From Betaproteobacteria bacterium Ga0077523 (GTDB taxonomy: Bacteria; Pseudomonadota; Gammaproteobacteria; Burkholderiales; Ga0077523), in the NCBI GenBank assembly GCA_001464695.1, contig LNDQ01000098.1:76771-140770 (forward strand): a stretch of DNA of 64,000 nt. Reading direction: 5' to 3'. Positions within the stretch are counted from its first letter, which is position 1. Each line of letters begins with the position of its first letter. Shown here in pieces: positions 1 to 10,835 of the stretch. Below the pieces are notes generated by a model. That model was not told where the DNA came from. It searched no databases and was given only the letters and a program-made list of their open reading frames with translations. The position numbers were made by a program, and so were the translations under genes.

Positions 1-2102
1 CCGTTCGCGTGGCCGTAGCGATCCACGCTGACCGCAATCGGCGTGAGGTTCTCGGCGAAGGTGATACCCTCTTCGAGTGCTTTTTCCACTTCCTCGTGGT
101 TGAGCGTGTACGAGGGACTGTCTATGAGGCGCTTGCGGTAGGCGATGGTCACTCCGCCCCAGGACTGCAGGAGCTCGGCAATGCGCGGTTCGCGTTGTTC
201 GCGGGCCGCCGCTGCGCGTTCCGCCCGAATCGCCTTCGCATGGGCAATGAACTCCTCGGCGATGGCGGTCTCTTCCTCGTTCCACGCCTTGCGCACGGTG
301 CCCACACCGCGCTCCGCCGCCAACGTCTCGTACCGGGCGAGAAACTTCTCGACCTGCAACGGGTAGTAGGCGGCCGATTCGGTCGCGGTGTCGATGGCAG
401 TCAAGCCGCCGCCGATGACGACCACCGGCAGCCGCAGCTGCATATTCGCGATCGAATCGGTCTTGGCTGCACCGGTGAGCTGCAGCGCCATCAGGAAGTC
501 GGAGGCGGTGCGTACCCCCCGTGCGAGGCCGTTGGGCAGGTCGAGCACGGTGGGGCGCCCGGCACCGGCACAGAGCGCGACGTGATCGAACCCGTGCTCG
601 AAAGCATCATCGAGGCTCAACGTGCCGCCGAAGCGCACGCCGCCGAACAATGCGAACTCGGCTCGCCGCTCGAGCAGCAGCCGGATCACCTTGAGGAAGT
701 TCTTGTCCCAGCGCACTGTGATGCCGTACTCGGCCACGCCGCCGAAGCCGGCCATCACCCGGTCGTCCAGCGATTCGTACAGCGACGCGACGTCGCGCAC
801 CGGCGCGAACGCCACGCGCCGGCCCGTCAGGGTCACGCCGGACAACTGCTCGGGCAGCGGTTCGATCTTGAGGCCGTCGATGGCGGCGACGGTGTGGCCG
901 TCGTTCATCAGGTGGTGCGCGAGCGTGAAGCCGGCGGGCCCCATGCCCACCACCAGGACTTTGCGGCCCGAGGCGGCGCGCGCGCGCGGGCGGCGGAAAT
1001 CCAGCGGATTCCAGCGCGTGAGCAGTGAATAGATCTCGAAGCCCCACGGCAGGTCGAGGACGTCCTTCAGCGTGCGCGTCTCGGCTTGCGGGATGTTGAC
1101 CGGTTCCTGCTTCTGGTAGATGCAGGACTTCATGCAGTCGTTGCAGATGCGGTGACCGGTGGCCGCCACCATCGGATTGTCGACGACGATGGTGGCGAGC
1201 GCTCCGATCGGCACACCTTCGCTCTTCAGCTTCTGGAACTCGGAGATGCGCTCCTCCAGCGGACAGCCGGCCAGTGGCACCCCGAACACGGTCTTCTTGA
1301 AACCGAGCGTGGGATCCTTCTCGGGCAGGCCGTGGGAGCACGAATCCTTGCCTTGCTCGTGGCACCAGATGCAGTAGTTGGTCTCACCGAGCGCGCCGGT
1401 GAGATCGGTACCGGTATCGGTCAACGCAAAGCCTTCACGACGGCGCAGGTGGTGCAGCCGATGCCGTGTGACACCGTCGCGCGTATCCGTGTCGAGCGGC
1501 ACGAGCCGCTGGAAATCCAGCTTCTTCGGCGACTTGAACAGCACACCGGTGGCGTGGCGTCGCTGGCCGGACGGCGTGTGTGCCGACCAGGCGGCGTAGC
1601 GCAGCGCGAGGTCCAGGGGCGCCGCGTTCGCCACCTCGTCTTCAGCCCAAGCGAGCACGCGCCGCGCGAACGCCAGTTCGGAGAACGGTTCGCCCATCAC
1701 CGCGGCGAGTTCGCGTTCGAGGGCGGTGCCATCCAGGGCGGCGGCCGCGTCGGCCTTGATCTTGTTCATCGCCTTGCGCTGAACGAACAGGCGCTTCACG
1801 GCGTAGAGCGGCGCGAGGGCGTGGTGGCGCTCCGCCAGCGCGCGGACTTGCGCGCCGATGCCGAACAGCTCCCCCAGGAAGTCTTCCACGTGGGGGGCCA
1901 ACTCGAGCAGCAGGGTGCTTTCCTGTTTTGCATCGAGCGCCGACGGATCCAGCCGCGCTTCGGCTACGCGGAATGCGAGGGCGGGATCGAAGCGGGCGAG
2001 GGACTCGATGAACGTTCGATCGAGGCGTTCGAGCGCCTGGGCGTCGTAGAGGTCGGGGAAGCGAAAACCGAAGGCGAGCTGCAGGGAATCCGGGGTGCTC
2101 AT
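1..2102 (-). CDS. FAD/NAD(P)-dependent oxidoreductase, glutamate-synthase-small-subunit-like, with an N-terminal Cys-cluster region (3' end runs off the window)
   Basis: Absent from the ORF track because no stop lies inside the window. Hand translation of the minus strand from ATG at 2102 gives MSTPDSLQLAFGFRFPDLYDAQALERL... Further in are the Cys motifs NYCIWCHEQGKDSCSHG and HRICNDCMKSCIYQ and the Rossmann motif KVLVVGMGPAGFTLAHHLMNDGHTV. The frame stays open to position 1. Confidence 0.7.
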   Translation of the reverse strand, partial: MSTPDSLQLAFGFRFPDLYDAQALERLDRTFIESLARFDPALAFRVAEARLDPSALDAKQESTLLLELAPHVEDFLGELFGIGAQVRALAERHHALAPLYAVKRLFVQRKAMNKIKADAAAALDGTALERELAAVMGEPFSELAFARRVLAWAEDEVANAAPLDLALRYAAWSAHTPSGQRRHATGVLFKSPKKLDFQRLVPLDTDTRDGVTRHRLHHLRRREGFALTDTGTDLTGALGETNYCIWCHEQGKDSCSHGLPEKDPTLGFKKTVFGVPLAGCPLEERISEFQKLKSEGVPIGALATIVVDNPMVAATGHRICNDCMKSCIYQKQEPVNIPQAETRTLKDVLDLPWGFEIYSLLTRWNPLDFRRPRARAASGRKVLVVGMGPAGFTLAHHLMNDGHTVAAIDGLKIEPLPEQLSGVTLTGRRVAFAPVRDVASLYESLDDRVMAGFGGVAEYGITVRWDKNFLKVIRLLLERRAEFALFGGVRFGGTLSLDDAFEHGFDHVALCAGAGRPTVLDLPNGLARGVRTASDFLMALQLTGAAKTDSIANMQLRLPVVVIGGGLTAIDTATESAAYYPLQVEKFLARYETLAAERGVGTVRKAWNEEETAIAEEFIAHAKAIRAERAAAAREQREPRIAELLQSWGGVTIAYRKRLIDSPSYTLNHEEVEKALEEGITFAENLTPIAVSVDRYGHAN

Positions 2103-2192
2103 GCGGGCAGTGGGGAAGGAATAAGGATCAGCCCGTAAGGCATAAGGGCTTGAGAACCCACGATTATAACCGCCGGGTCCGGCCCGGCCGCC

Positions 2193-2248
2193 TCAGTGGC
2201 GCCGGGCCGCCCGCAGCCAATGAGCCGCCCCCGCAGGGAGCGTGGGGG
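2193..2248 (+). repeat. REP-like element, family A (short copy)
   Basis: TCAGTGGCGCCGGGCCG...CAGGGAGCGTGGGGG. It shares both termini with the copy at 49420..49491 and, in reverse orientation, with 14086..14177 and 37366..37439. Confidence 0.6.
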
Positions 2249-2258
2249 AACGTTCATT

Positions 2259-3272
2259 TCAGCGCAGCGCGGCGACGAGTTCTTCGACCAAAGCCGGGCC
2301 GCGATACACGAGCCCGCTGTAGACCTGCACCAGGCTGGCTCCGGCAGCGAGCTTTTCGCGGGCATCCGCGGCGCTCAGGATGCCGCCGACCCCGATGAGC
2401 GGGATGCGACCGCCCAGGTGCGCATGCAGGCGCGCGAGAACCTGGTTGGCCTTCTCCTTGACCGGTGCGCCGGAGAGGCCGCCGGTTTCCTCCGCATGCC
2501 GAAGTCCGGCAACACCGTCGCGGGCGATCGTGGTGTTGGTGGCGATGATGCCGTCAACACGGTGGCGCACGAACGCTTCTGCCGCCGCCGCGATTGCGGC
2601 TTCCTCGAGATCGGGGGCCAGCTTGACCGCGATCGGCACGCGCCGGCCATGGATCGCAGCCAGGGCTTCGCGCTCGTTCATGAGCGCACCCAGCAGCCGG
2701 TCGAGCGCGTCGCCCTGCTGCAGTTCGCGCAGATTCTTCGTGTTCGGCGACGACACGTTCGCCGCAACGTAGCTCGCGAGCGGATACACCTTGCGCAGAC
2801 AGGCGACGTAATCGTCCGCAGCCTGCTCGATCGGCGTATCGAAGTTCTTGCCGATGTTGATGCCGAGCACGCCGCGATGGCGCGATCGCCCGACGTTGGC
2901 CACCAATGCATCGACACCGGCATTGTTGAAACCCATGCGGTTGATGACGGCGCGCGCCGCCGGCAATCGGAACAGCCGCGGGCGCGGATTGCCCGGCTGC
3001 GGACGCGGCGTGACGGTGCCGATTTCCAGGAAGCCGAAGCCGAAGCTTGCGAGCGCGTCGATGTGCGCACCGTTCTTGTCGAGCCCGGCAGCGAGTCCGA
3101 CCGGATTGGGAAAGTCGATGCCCATGACGCGCACCGGTCGACCGGTCAGCGGGGTGGCCGGGCGCGTGAGATGCAGCTTGTGAGCGAGATCGAGCGCTCG
3201 CAGCGCCGCATCGTGCGAGGTCTCGCCGTCGAGGCGAAAGAGCAGCGGCTGGAGCACTTGGTACAGCGACAC
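2259..3272 (-). CDS. pyrD: dihydroorotate dehydrogenase (quinone)
   Basis: 337 aa. Contains [43 protein letters not shown] and NVSSPNT, which are class 2 DHODH signatures. Confidence 0.95.
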   Translation of the reverse strand: MSLYQVLQPLLFRLDGETSHDAALRALDLAHKLHLTRPATPLTGRPVRVMGIDFPNPVGLAAGLDKNGAHIDALASFGFGFLEIGTVTPRPQPGNPRPRLFRLPAARAVINRMGFNNAGVDALVANVGRSRHRGVLGINIGKNFDTPIEQAADDYVACLRKVYPLASYVAANVSSPNTKNLRELQQGDALDRLLGALMNEREALAAIHGRRVPIAVKLAPDLEEAAIAAAAEAFVRHRVDGIIATNTTIARDGVAGLRHAEETGGLSGAPVKEKANQVLARLHAHLGGRIPLIGVGGILSAADAREKLAAGASLVQVYSGLVYRGPALVEELVAALR

Positions 3273-3283
3273 TTCGGGCTCTG

Positions 3284-4069
3284 TCAGTGGCCCGTGAAGC
3301 GTCCGGGCCGGCGCTCGAGGAACGCTGCCAGACCTTCACGCGCATCGTCGGTGTCGAGCAGCGGCAGCATGTCCGGCAGCAGACGGGCGATCGCCTCGGT
3401 CTCGGCGGCCTTGCGCGTGAGGCGCACGGCGTCGAGTGTGGCCTTCACCCCGAGCGGTGCCTGGGCTGCGATGGTTTGGGCGATGGCGAGTGCGGCTTCG
3501 AACTGGGCGCCGGTGGGCGTGACGTGCTGGACCAACCCGATGCGCAAGGCCTCGGTGGCGTCGAAGGTGTCGCCGGTCAGCAGCCAGCGCATCGCGTTGC
3601 CCCAGCCGACTTCCTGCGCGAAACGCACCGTCGCTCCGCCGATCGGATAGATGCCGCGCTGCACCTCGATCTGCGCGAAGCGTGTCGATTCGGCGGCCAC
3701 GCGGATATCGGCGGCGAGCAGCAGCTCGATGCCGATGGTGTAGCAATAGCCCTGGATTGCCATGACCAGCGGTTTGGAACGCGTGCGCGCCGGATCGAGG
3801 CACATCGGATCGAGGCCGCCGTCCGGCAGCGGCGGCATGCGGCCTGCGCGAAAATGCGGCAGCCATTGCGGCAGTTCGATGCCGCCCGTGAAGTGATCGC
3901 CGTGTGCATGCAGCAGGCCGCAGCGCAGCTCGGGATCGCGTTCGAGCGTGCCGAGCGCACTCGAGAGCTCACCGTACAGTTCGAGATTGAACGCGTTGCG
4001 TTTGGCGGCGCGGTCGAGCCCCATGCACAGCACCGCACCGTGCCGCTCGAGCGAGAGGGCGCCGGCCAC
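3284..4069 (-). CDS. enoyl-CoA hydratase/isomerase (crotonase) family protein
   Basis: The C-terminal 260 aa of ORF 3284..4759 are crotonase-like ([58 protein letters not shown]). The upstream part of that ORF overlaps bpt in another frame. I trimmed the start to GTG at 4069, so the start is uncertain. Confidence 0.8.
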   Translation of the reverse strand: MAGALSLERHGAVLCMGLDRAAKRNAFNLELYGELSSALGTLERDPELRCGLLHAHGDHFTGGIELPQWLPHFRAGRMPPLPDGGLDPMCLDPARTRSKPLVMAIQGYCYTIGIELLLAADIRVAAESTRFAQIEVQRGIYPIGGATVRFAQEVGWGNAMRWLLTGDTFDATEALRIGLVQHVTPTGAQFEAALAIAQTIAAQAPLGVKATLDAVRLTRKAAETEAIARLLPDMLPLLDTDDAREGLAAFLERRPGRFTGH

Positions 4070-4074
4070 CAGCG

Positions 4075-4821
4075 TCAGGTCGGGGGTGCAGCGTCGCTGC
4101 GGGGCAGACGCTGCCAGCGGCTGTCGATCAGGCCTTCCATGGGCTGGAAGTTGACCTTGTAGGCCATCTTGCGGCTTTCCGAGATCCAGTAGCCAAGATA
4201 CAGGTGGGGCACGCCGATCCGCTTGCACAGCTCGATCTGCCACAGCACGTTGAAGGTGCCGAAGCTGGCACTCGACTGTTCCGGATCGAAGAAGGTGTAG
4301 ACCGACGACACGCCGTCTTCCAGCCGGTCGACGATGCTCACCATGCGCAGCAGGCCGTGCTCGCGGAACTCGACGAGGTTCGAACGCACGTTGCTCTGGA
4401 GCAGGAAGTGCCGGTACTGCTCGCGCGAGTCGTGATCCATGCCGCCGCCGAAGTGGCGCGCTGACTGGTAGCGCAGGTACAGCGCGTAGTGCTCGGGGCT
4501 GTACTTGAGATCGAGCATGCGCGACTCGAGGTGCTGGTGCCGCTGCCACGCGCGGCGCTGGGCGCGCGTCGGACGGAATTCGTCGACCAGGATGCGCACC
4601 GGCACACAGGCACGGCAGTTGTCGCAGTAGGGGCGATAGGTGAACGCGCCGCTGCGACGGAAGCCGGCTCGCACCAGTTCGCTGTAGACGTGCGTGTCGA
4701 TGGCGTGGCTCGGTGTGGCCACTTGCGAGCGGGCGAGACGATCGGCGAGGTAGCTGCACGGATACGGCGCCGTGGCGTAGAACTGCAGCACCGAGAACGG
4801 CAGATCGTTCAGCTGGGTCAT
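4075..4821 (-). CDS. bpt: arginyl/aspartate-glutamate leucyl-tRNA--protein transferase (N-end rule)
   Basis: 248 aa. Contains [28 protein letters not shown] and [13 protein letters not shown] start/stop overlap with aat. Confidence 0.9.
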   Translation of the reverse strand: MTQLNDLPFSVLQFYATAPYPCSYLADRLARSQVATPSHAIDTHVYSELVRAGFRRSGAFTYRPYCDNCRACVPVRILVDEFRPTRAQRRAWQRHQHLESRMLDLKYSPEHYALYLRYQSARHFGGGMDHDSREQYRHFLLQSNVRSNLVEFREHGLLRMVSIVDRLEDGVSSVYTFFDPEQSSASFGTFNVLWQIELCKRIGVPHLYLGYWISESRKMAYKVNFQPMEGLIDSRWQRLPRSDAAPPT

Positions 4822-5513
4822 GAGGATTGCTCGGCTTCGCGCCAGGGGCCCGGCGGGACGTCGTAGTGTACCAATTCCGTCACACGCCGCACGAACTCAC
4901 GCCGCGGGATTTCCCGGGCGCCGAGCGAGGCGAGGTGACTGGTGGCCATCTGGCAATCGATGAGTCGGTACTGGGTGCGATGCAGTTGTTGCACGAGGTG
5001 TACCAGCGCGACCTTCGAGCCGTCGCGCACGCGCGTGAACATGGACTCGCCATAGAACATGCGGCCGATCGCGACCCCGTACAATCCGCCGGCCAGCGTG
5101 CCGTCGATCCAGGTTTCCACGCTGTGGGCCCAGCCGGCTTCGTGCAAACGGCAGTACGCCTCGATCATCTCGGCGGTGATCCAGGTGCCGGCCTGGCCTT
5201 CGCGGGGTTCGGCGCACGCCTGCATCACGGCGCGAAAGGCGCTGTCGAAACGCACTTCGAAGTCGCGGTTGCGCAGCGTCTTGTCGAGCGAGCGCGAGAC
5301 CTTGAGTTCGGCGGGAACCAGCACCATGCGCGGGTCCGGGCTCCACCAGAGGATCGGCTCGCCCTCGGCGTACCAGGGGAATATGCCGTGACGATAGGCG
5401 TCGAGCAGGCGCTCGAGTCCGAGGTCGCCACCGGCGGCCAGCAGGCCGTTGGGGCGCTTGAGCGCGTCGGTGACCGGTGGAAACGGGTCGGCCGCCTCGA
5501 GCCAGGGGATCAA
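4818..5513 (-). CDS. aat: leucyl/phenylalanyl-tRNA--protein transferase
   Basis: 231 aa. Contains [49 protein letters not shown] and IDCQ. Confidence 0.95.
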   Translation of the reverse strand: MIPWLEAADPFPPVTDALKRPNGLLAAGGDLGLERLLDAYRHGIFPWYAEGEPILWWSPDPRMVLVPAELKVSRSLDKTLRNRDFEVRFDSAFRAVMQACAEPREGQAGTWITAEMIEAYCRLHEAGWAHSVETWIDGTLAGGLYGVAIGRMFYGESMFTRVRDGSKVALVHLVQQLHRTQYRLIDCQMATSHLASLGAREIPRREFVRRVTELVHYDVPPGPWREAEQSS

Positions 5514-5538
5514 CGAGGTCGGCGCAGCGAAGTGGGCC

Positions 5539-6069
5539 CTATTCGTTCTTGCCGATCAGGCCGCAGGCGAGGCGGGCGCCCGAGCCGCCGGAAGGATCGG
5601 TCTTGAGGTCGTCCGCCTTGGCATGGACGATCACAGAGCGGCCGACGATACTCGCGGCGTCGGTCCCGAGGGTGATGCCGGCCGCTTCGACCGTGAACTC
5701 CGCAACGCCGCTCGCATCGGCGATGATGTTCCCGAGGTCGCCGCCGTGCCGCACATCGCCCGCGGGGCCGCCATGCTTCATCGTCCCGGGGTTGAAGTGA
5801 CCGCCGGCGCTCGAACCGTCGGGGGCGGTGCAATTGCCCTTGTCGTGGATGTGAAACCCATGGGGGCCGGGCGTCAGGCCGGTGATGCGGCCTGTGACCA
5901 TGACGCGATCGCCCTTCTGGGAAAACTTGACCGTGCCGCGCACCGAACTGTCCTTGGTCGGCAGCACCGTCGCCGACGCGCTCGGCGTCTTGGTCATCAT
6001 GTCCTGCATGCGGGCACAGCCCGTTGCCGCCAACGCTGCCGCCGCGGCCACCATGAAGACCCGGTTCAT
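5539..6069 (-). CDS. sodC: periplasmic Cu/Zn superoxide dismutase (lipoprotein)
   Basis: [23 protein letters not shown] and [14 protein letters not shown] trimmed the start to [18 protein letters not shown] (lipobox), preceded by a GGAG Shine-Dalgarno sequence. Confidence 0.92.
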   Translation of the reverse strand: MNRVFMVAAAAALAATGCARMQDMMTKTPSASATVLPTKDSSVRGTVKFSQKGDRVMVTGRITGLTPGPHGFHIHDKGNCTAPDGSSAGGHFNPGTMKHGGPAGDVRHGGDLGNIIADASGVAEFTVEAAGITLGTDAASIVGRSVIVHAKADDLKTDPSGGSGARLACGLIGKNE

Positions 6070-6174
6070 GTCGCTTCTCCCCACGTACGCATTTGATCGC
6101 GGGGGTTGTAGCACCGCGTCTTCGGCCCTGTCAAATCGCTCGCCACGCGACGGTGGCGGCGCGCATAATGGTGC

Positions 6175-7374
6175 GTGCATGAGTTCGAGTCCTCCATGGT
6201 GAACGAATCGGCCCCACCCATCGATCCGCGGGCTCTCGAGGCAGCCTTTTCACTCTTCAACGAGGCGTCCGCCCAGCTCGCGTCGACGTACCAGGATCTG
6301 CAAGGACGTGTCACCGGTCTTGCGAACGAACTCGCGGTCGCGAACGGCGAACTGAAGCGCCAGTATCTCGAGAAAGAGGCCTTGTCGCAGCGTCTCGAGT
6401 TGCTGCTCGATGCGCTGCCGGGTGCGGTGGTCGTGCTGGATGCGCAAGGGCGAGTGGTAAAGGCCAACCCCGCAGCGTGCAGCTGGCTGGGCGATGACCT
6501 GGCCGACAGTCGATGGCAGGACGCGGCCGCGCGCCGCCTCATACCCACGGACAGCCCGCGTGAATGGGAGATCGCCGCACCGCACGGGATGCGCCGCGTG
6601 ACGCTGTCGGAGAGTCCGCTCGACGCCGCCGGCGGGCGCATCCTGCTGCTGAACGACATCACCGAAGCCGCGCGGCTGCAGCGCGAGCTCGAGCAGCACA
6701 AGAAACTCTCGGCCATGGGCGAGATGGCCGCCGGGCTCGCGCATCAGCTGCGCACGCCGCTCGCGACCGCGCTGCTGTATGCGGCCAATCTCGCGAAGGA
6801 CGGCCTGAAAGACGCCGATCGCCAGCGTTTTTCCGAGCGCATCCGGGAACGGCTGCACTACCTCGAGCGCATGATCCAGGAGATGTTGATGTTCGTGCGT
6901 GGCGAGGTCGTCGGCGAGGAGGTGTTCGCGCTCGAGACGGTGCTGCAGGAACTGGTACAGATCATCGAGCCGCAGATGACGGCCCGTGGGGTGAGTTTCG
7001 CGAGCACGGCCGCTGCGCCCGGCCTGCGCGTGCGCGGCGGCCGCAAGGCGCTCTCCGGTGCGCTGCTCAACCTGATGGAAAATGCCCTGCAGGCGTGCGA
7101 GCGCGGCGGTACCGTGCAGCTCGAGGTGGAGGGGCGTGGCGGCCAGATCACGCTCCGCGTGAGCGACGATGGTTGCGGCATCGCGCCCGAAGTGCAGGAG
7201 CGCCTGTTCGAACCCTTCTTCACCACGCGCCAGGAAGGCACGGGACTCGGACTCGCCATCGTACGCAGCGTGATCGAGGCGCACGGCGGCGACGTGCGAG
7301 TCGAGTCGACGCCGGGCGCCGGCAGCACGTTCACGGTGCGCCTGCCGGCCCACGCCGAATCGGTGGCCGCGTGA
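6175..7374 (+). CDS. fleS: flagellar two-component sensor histidine kinase (FleS/FlrB type)
   Basis: PAS-like N-terminus, H-box EMAAGLAHQLRTPL and an HATPase region (NLMENALQA, DDGCGI, GTGLGLAIV). Lies immediately upstream of, and overlaps, fleR. The start could instead be ATG at 6196. Confidence 0.85.
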   Translation: MHEFESSMVNESAPPIDPRALEAAFSLFNEASAQLASTYQDLQGRVTGLANELAVANGELKRQYLEKEALSQRLELLLDALPGAVVVLDAQGRVVKANPAACSWLGDDLADSRWQDAAARRLIPTDSPREWEIAAPHGMRRVTLSESPLDAAGGRILLLNDITEAARLQRELEQHKKLSAMGEMAAGLAHQLRTPLATALLYAANLAKDGLKDADRQRFSERIRERLHYLERMIQEMLMFVRGEVVGEEVFALETVLQELVQIIEPQMTARGVSFASTAAAPGLRVRGGRKALSGALLNLMENALQACERGGTVQLEVEGRGGQITLRVSDDGCGIAPEVQERLFEPFFTTRQEGTGLGLAIVRSVIEAHGGDVRVESTPGAGSTFTVRLPAHAESVAA

Positions 7375-8750
7375 CGGCCGCCCCCAAGCCGCTGCCGATC
7401 CTCATCGCCGAGGATGATCGCGCGCTGCGCGAGGCGCTCACCGACACGCTCGAACTCGCCGGCTACGAAGTGATCGCGACCGCCGACGGCGAGGCGGCGC
7501 TCACGGCGCTGGAGCGCGCGCGGGTCGGCATGATCGTGAGCGACGTGCAGATGAAACCGATGGACGGGCACGGGTTGCTCGCCGCCGTGAAGGTGCGCCA
7601 GCCGCACATCCCGGTGCTCCTGATGACCGCCTACGGCGTGATCGATCAGGCGGTCGAAGCCATGCGTGCCGGTGCGTGCAACTACATCACGAAGCCGTTC
7701 GAGCCCGAGGCGCTGGTCGCGCAAGTGGTGCGGCACATGTTGCCGGCCGCCTGGGGCGAATCGGACGCGGTGGTCGCCGAGGATGCCGCCACACGCGATA
7801 CCCTCGAACTGGCGGGCCGCGTGGCCGGCACCGATGCGACGGTGCTGATCACCGGGGAGAGCGGTACCGGCAAGGAAGTCCTGGCGCGCACCATCCATCG
7901 CCTGTCGCCGCGCGCCGACAAGCCGTTCGTCGCGATCAATTGCGCAGCCATTCCGGAGAACCTGCTCGAATCCACGCTGTTCGGCTACGAGAAAGGTGCT
8001 TTCACCGGGGCGCTCAACGCGACCCCGGGCAAGTTCGAGCAAGCCGACGGCGGCACGCTGCTGCTGGACGAGATTTCCGAGATGCCGCTCATGCTGCAGG
8101 CGAAGCTGCTCCGCGTGTTGCAGGAGCGCGAAGTGGAGCGCGTCGGCGCGCGCAAGCCGATCGCCATCGACATCCGCGTGCTCGCGACCTCGAACCGCGA
8201 CATGCTGGCGGAGGTGCGGGCGGGGCGTTTTCGCGAGGACCTCTACTACCGGCTCAACGTGTTTCCGCTGCACAACCCGCCCTTGCGCGAGCGGCGTGCG
8301 GACATCCTGCCGCTGGCACGCCGCATCCTGGCGCGAGGTGTTTCGCGCGGGGCGCGCCCGCGCCACACGCTTTCCGCTGCCGCTGAGGCCGCGTTGACCG
8401 CCTATGGGTGGCCCGGTAACATCCGCGAACTGGAAAACGTCATGCAGCGCGCGATGATACTGGCGCCGGGTGACGTGATCGATGCGAGCCATCTCGCGTT
8501 GCCGAAGGAAGCAGCCGTGCCGTCGGACCGGGAAGCAGCGGGGTCGGCGGACAGCGCGGCGATACCGGCGGACATGCGCAGCCTGGAACGCAAACACATC
8601 CTCGACATGCTGTCGGCCGCGAAGGGGGTGCGCAAGGTGGCGGCGGAACGGCTGGGAATGAGCGAACGGACCTTGCGCTACAAGTTGCAGCAGTACCGCG
8701 GCGAAGGATATGCCGTGCCGGGTAGCGGGCAGGACGATTCGGCCCCATGA
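7371..8750 (+). CDS. fleR: sigma-54-dependent flagellar response regulator (FleR/FlrC type)
   Basis: Receiver domain (ILIAEDD, SDVQMKPMDG), AAA+ domain with GESGTGKE and GAFTGA, and a C-terminal Fis-type HTH. GTG at 7371 overlaps the fleS TGA. ORF-track 6564..8750 is a 5' over-extension. Confidence 0.92.
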   Translation: MTAAPKPLPILIAEDDRALREALTDTLELAGYEVIATADGEAALTALERARVGMIVSDVQMKPMDGHGLLAAVKVRQPHIPVLLMTAYGVIDQAVEAMRAGACNYITKPFEPEALVAQVVRHMLPAAWGESDAVVAEDAATRDTLELAGRVAGTDATVLITGESGTGKEVLARTIHRLSPRADKPFVAINCAAIPENLLESTLFGYEKGAFTGALNATPGKFEQADGGTLLLDEISEMPLMLQAKLLRVLQEREVERVGARKPIAIDIRVLATSNRDMLAEVRAGRFREDLYYRLNVFPLHNPPLRERRADILPLARRILARGVSRGARPRHTLSAAAEAALTAYGWPGNIRELENVMQRAMILAPGDVIDASHLALPKEAAVPSDREAAGSADSAAIPADMRSLERKHILDMLSAAKGVRKVAAERLGMSERTLRYKLQQYRGEGYAVPGSGQDDSAP

Positions 8751-8753
8751 TCT

Positions 8754-8769
8754 CGGCACGGGGCTTGCT
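8754..8769 (+). promoter_or_regulatory. sigma-54 (-24/-12) promoter for the fliE operon
   Basis: cGGCACGgggcTTGCt has GG and GC at the canonical 11-nt register and sits 60 nt upstream of the fliE ATG, directly after fleR. Confidence 0.7.
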
Positions 8770-8829
8770 GATCGACACGACGATGGCGTTGCACGCCAGG
8801 AACACACGCACGCCAGCCACCACCATCGC

Positions 8830-9144
8830 ATGAACACCCAGGGCATCGATCAACTGCTGAGGGAACTCAGCCAGACCGCGGCGAAAGCTGGCGGGCAGGA
8901 ACCGGCAGATGCTGCCGGTGCGGCAAATTTTGCCGACCTGCTCAAGGCCTCGCTCGACCAGGTCAACGCGGCGCAGCAGCAGGCCACGAGCATGCAGCAG
9001 GCCTTCGACGCGAACGATCCCAACGTGAACCTGCAGGAAGTCATGGTCTCGCTCCAGAAGGCGAACCTGTCGTTCCAGACGATGGTGCAAGTGCGCAACC
9101 GCCTCGTCACCGCGTATCAGGAAATCATGAACATGCAAGTCTGA
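8830..9144 (+). CDS. fliE: flagellar hook-basal body complex protein FliE
   Basis: MNTQGIDQLL...FADLLKASLDQVNAAQQQA...NLQEVMVSLQKANLSFQTMVQVRNRLVTAYQEIMNMQV. Trimmed from ORF 8710..9144. Confidence 0.93.
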   Translation: MNTQGIDQLLRELSQTAAKAGGQEPADAAGAANFADLLKASLDQVNAAQQQATSMQQAFDANDPNVNLQEVMVSLQKANLSFQTMVQVRNRLVTAYQEIMNMQV

Positions 9145-9164
9145 CCTGACGGGCAGACGCGCTG

Positions 9165-10835
9165 ATGGCACAGGCTTCCGCTAGCAGTCTTCCCGCGCTG
9201 GCCCGCGGCTTCCTCCAACTCAGCAACGCCCGCAAGATCGGACTCGGCGTCGGTGTCGCGACCGTCGCCGCCATCCTCTGGGTCCTGTACCTCTACAGCA
9301 GCGCGCCCGAGTACCGCGTGCTGTTCGCGAACGTCTCCGACAAGGACGGCGGCGCGGTCATCGCGGCCCTGTCGCAGATGAACGTGCCATATCGCATGGC
9401 CGACGGCGGCGGCGCGATCCTGGTGCCGGCGGGCGCGGTCTACGAGACCCGGTTGAAGCTCGCCTCCCAGGGGCTGCCGCGCGGCGGCGGCGTGGGTTTC
9501 GAACTGCTCGAGACCCAGAAATTCGGCGTGAGCCAGTTCGTGGAACAGGTGAACTACCAGCGGGCGGTCGAGGGTGAACTCGCGCGTACCATCCAGTCGC
9601 TCGCCGTGGTCCAGTCTGCCCGGGTGCACCTTGCCATCCCGAAGCCCACCGTGTTCGTGCGCGAGAACCAGAAGCCGAGCGCGTCGGTGCTGGTCACGCT
9701 GTATCCCGGCCGCACGCTCGATGCGGCCCAGGTCACGGGCATGGTGAACCTGATCTCGAGCAGCGTGCCGGAGCTGTCGTCGCGCAACGTGACGGTGGTC
9801 GACCAGGCCGGCAACCTGCTCTCCGGCCCGACGGGCGACACCGCCGGCCGCACTGCGCTCGACGCATCGCAGCTCAAGTATCTGCATCAGGTGGAAGCGG
9901 CCATCGCGGCGCGCATCGAAGGCATCCTGCGGCCCATCACCGGCGCGGAGAACGTGCGCGCGCAAGTGGCGGCGAACCTCGATTTTTCCGAGACCGAGCA
10001 GACTTCGGAGAGCTTCAAACCGAATTCCAATCCGCGCGATCAATCGATCCGCAGCCAGCAGTCGAACGAATCCAACTCGACCACGCCGCAGGCGGCGCAA
10101 GGTGTGCCCGGGGCGCTGTCGAACCAGCCGCCGGGAGCGGCGTCGGCGCCGCTGGTGACGCCGCAGCCCGGGCAGCCGCCGGGAAATCAGCCGCCGCCGC
10201 CGGCCACCAGTTCGCAGAAGGAGCAGACCGTCAATTTCGAGGTGGACAAGACCATCCGCCACACCAAGGGTGAGGTCGGTTCGATTCGGCGCCTGTCGGT
10301 GGCGGTGGTGGTCAACTACCGGCGCGTCGGCGACGGCTCGAAGGCCAAGCTCGAACCCCTGGCCGAGCAGGAGATCACGCAGATCACCGACCTCGCGCGC
10401 GAGGCGATGGGCTTTTCCAAGGACCGCGGCGACACGCTGAACGTCGTCAACGCCCCGTTCCGCGTCACGGAAGCGGAGGCGGCGGCTGCGTCGTTGCCGT
10501 TCTGGAAGGATGCCGGGCTGATCGCCATGGCGATCAGCATCGCCAAGTGGATCGCGTTCATCGTGATCGCCCTGATCGCCCTGATGATGACGCGCACGGC
10601 CATGCGCGACCTGATCCGCCTCGGTGCGATGCCGCAGCCGGCGGCGGTCGGTGCCGGCGGGCCGGGTATGGCCATGCCGGTCGGTGGATACGAAGGCCAG
10701 GCAGCACCGGGCGCCGCTGGCGGACCGGCACAGGCCGGCTACGAAGGGGACCTGCGCGCGGTGCGCGACATGGCGAAGCAGGATCCGGCGATCGTCGCCC
10801 AGGTGGTGAAGGGCTGGGTCGGGCGCGATGAGTGA
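9165..10835 (+). CDS. fliF: flagellar M-ring protein FliF
   Basis: 556 aa. Contains GGAILVPAGAVYETRLKLASQGLP, QVNYQRAVEGELARTI and SASVLV. Confidence 0.95.
   Translation: MAQASASSLPALARGFLQLSNARKIGLGVGVATVAAILWVLYLYSSAPEYRVLFANVSDKDGGAVIAALSQMNVPYRMADGGGAILVPAGAVYETRLKLASQGLPRGGGVGFELLETQKFGVSQFVEQVNYQRAVEGELARTIQSLAVVQSARVHLAIPKPTVFVRENQKPSASVLVTLYPGRTLDAAQVTGMVNLISSSVPELSSRNVTVVDQAGNLLSGPTGDTAGRTALDASQLKYLHQVEAAIAARIEGILRPITGAENVRAQVAANLDFSETEQTSESFKPNSNPRDQSIRSQQSNESNSTTPQAAQGVPGALSNQPPGAASAPLVTPQPGQPPGNQPPPPATSSQKEQTVNFEVDKTIRHTKGEVGSIRRLSVAVVVNYRRVGDGSKAKLEPLAEQEITQITDLAREAMGFSKDRGDTLNVVNAPFRVTEAEAAAASLPFWKDAGLIAMAISIAKWIAFIVIALIALMMTRTAMRDLIRLGAMPQPAAVGAGGPGMAMPVGGYEGQAAPGAAGGPAQAGYEGDLRAVRDMAKQDPAIVAQVVKGWVGRDE

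Noticed and set aside
6858-8846. Long antisense or out-of-frame ORFs in the track. Examples: 6858..8846(-), 9117..11036(-), 10558..12807(-), 35141..36682(-), 38218..40023(-), 47048..48304(+), 52679..54862(-), 60335..61924(+), 57851..59116(-), 9..1028(+) and 1086..2138(+).
   Set aside because: Their translations are Arg/Ala/Gly/Pro-rich with no recognisable domains. Each lies opposite to, or out of frame with, a gene that has clear family motifs. Such shadow ORFs are expected in DNA of about 67% GC, where stop codons are rare.
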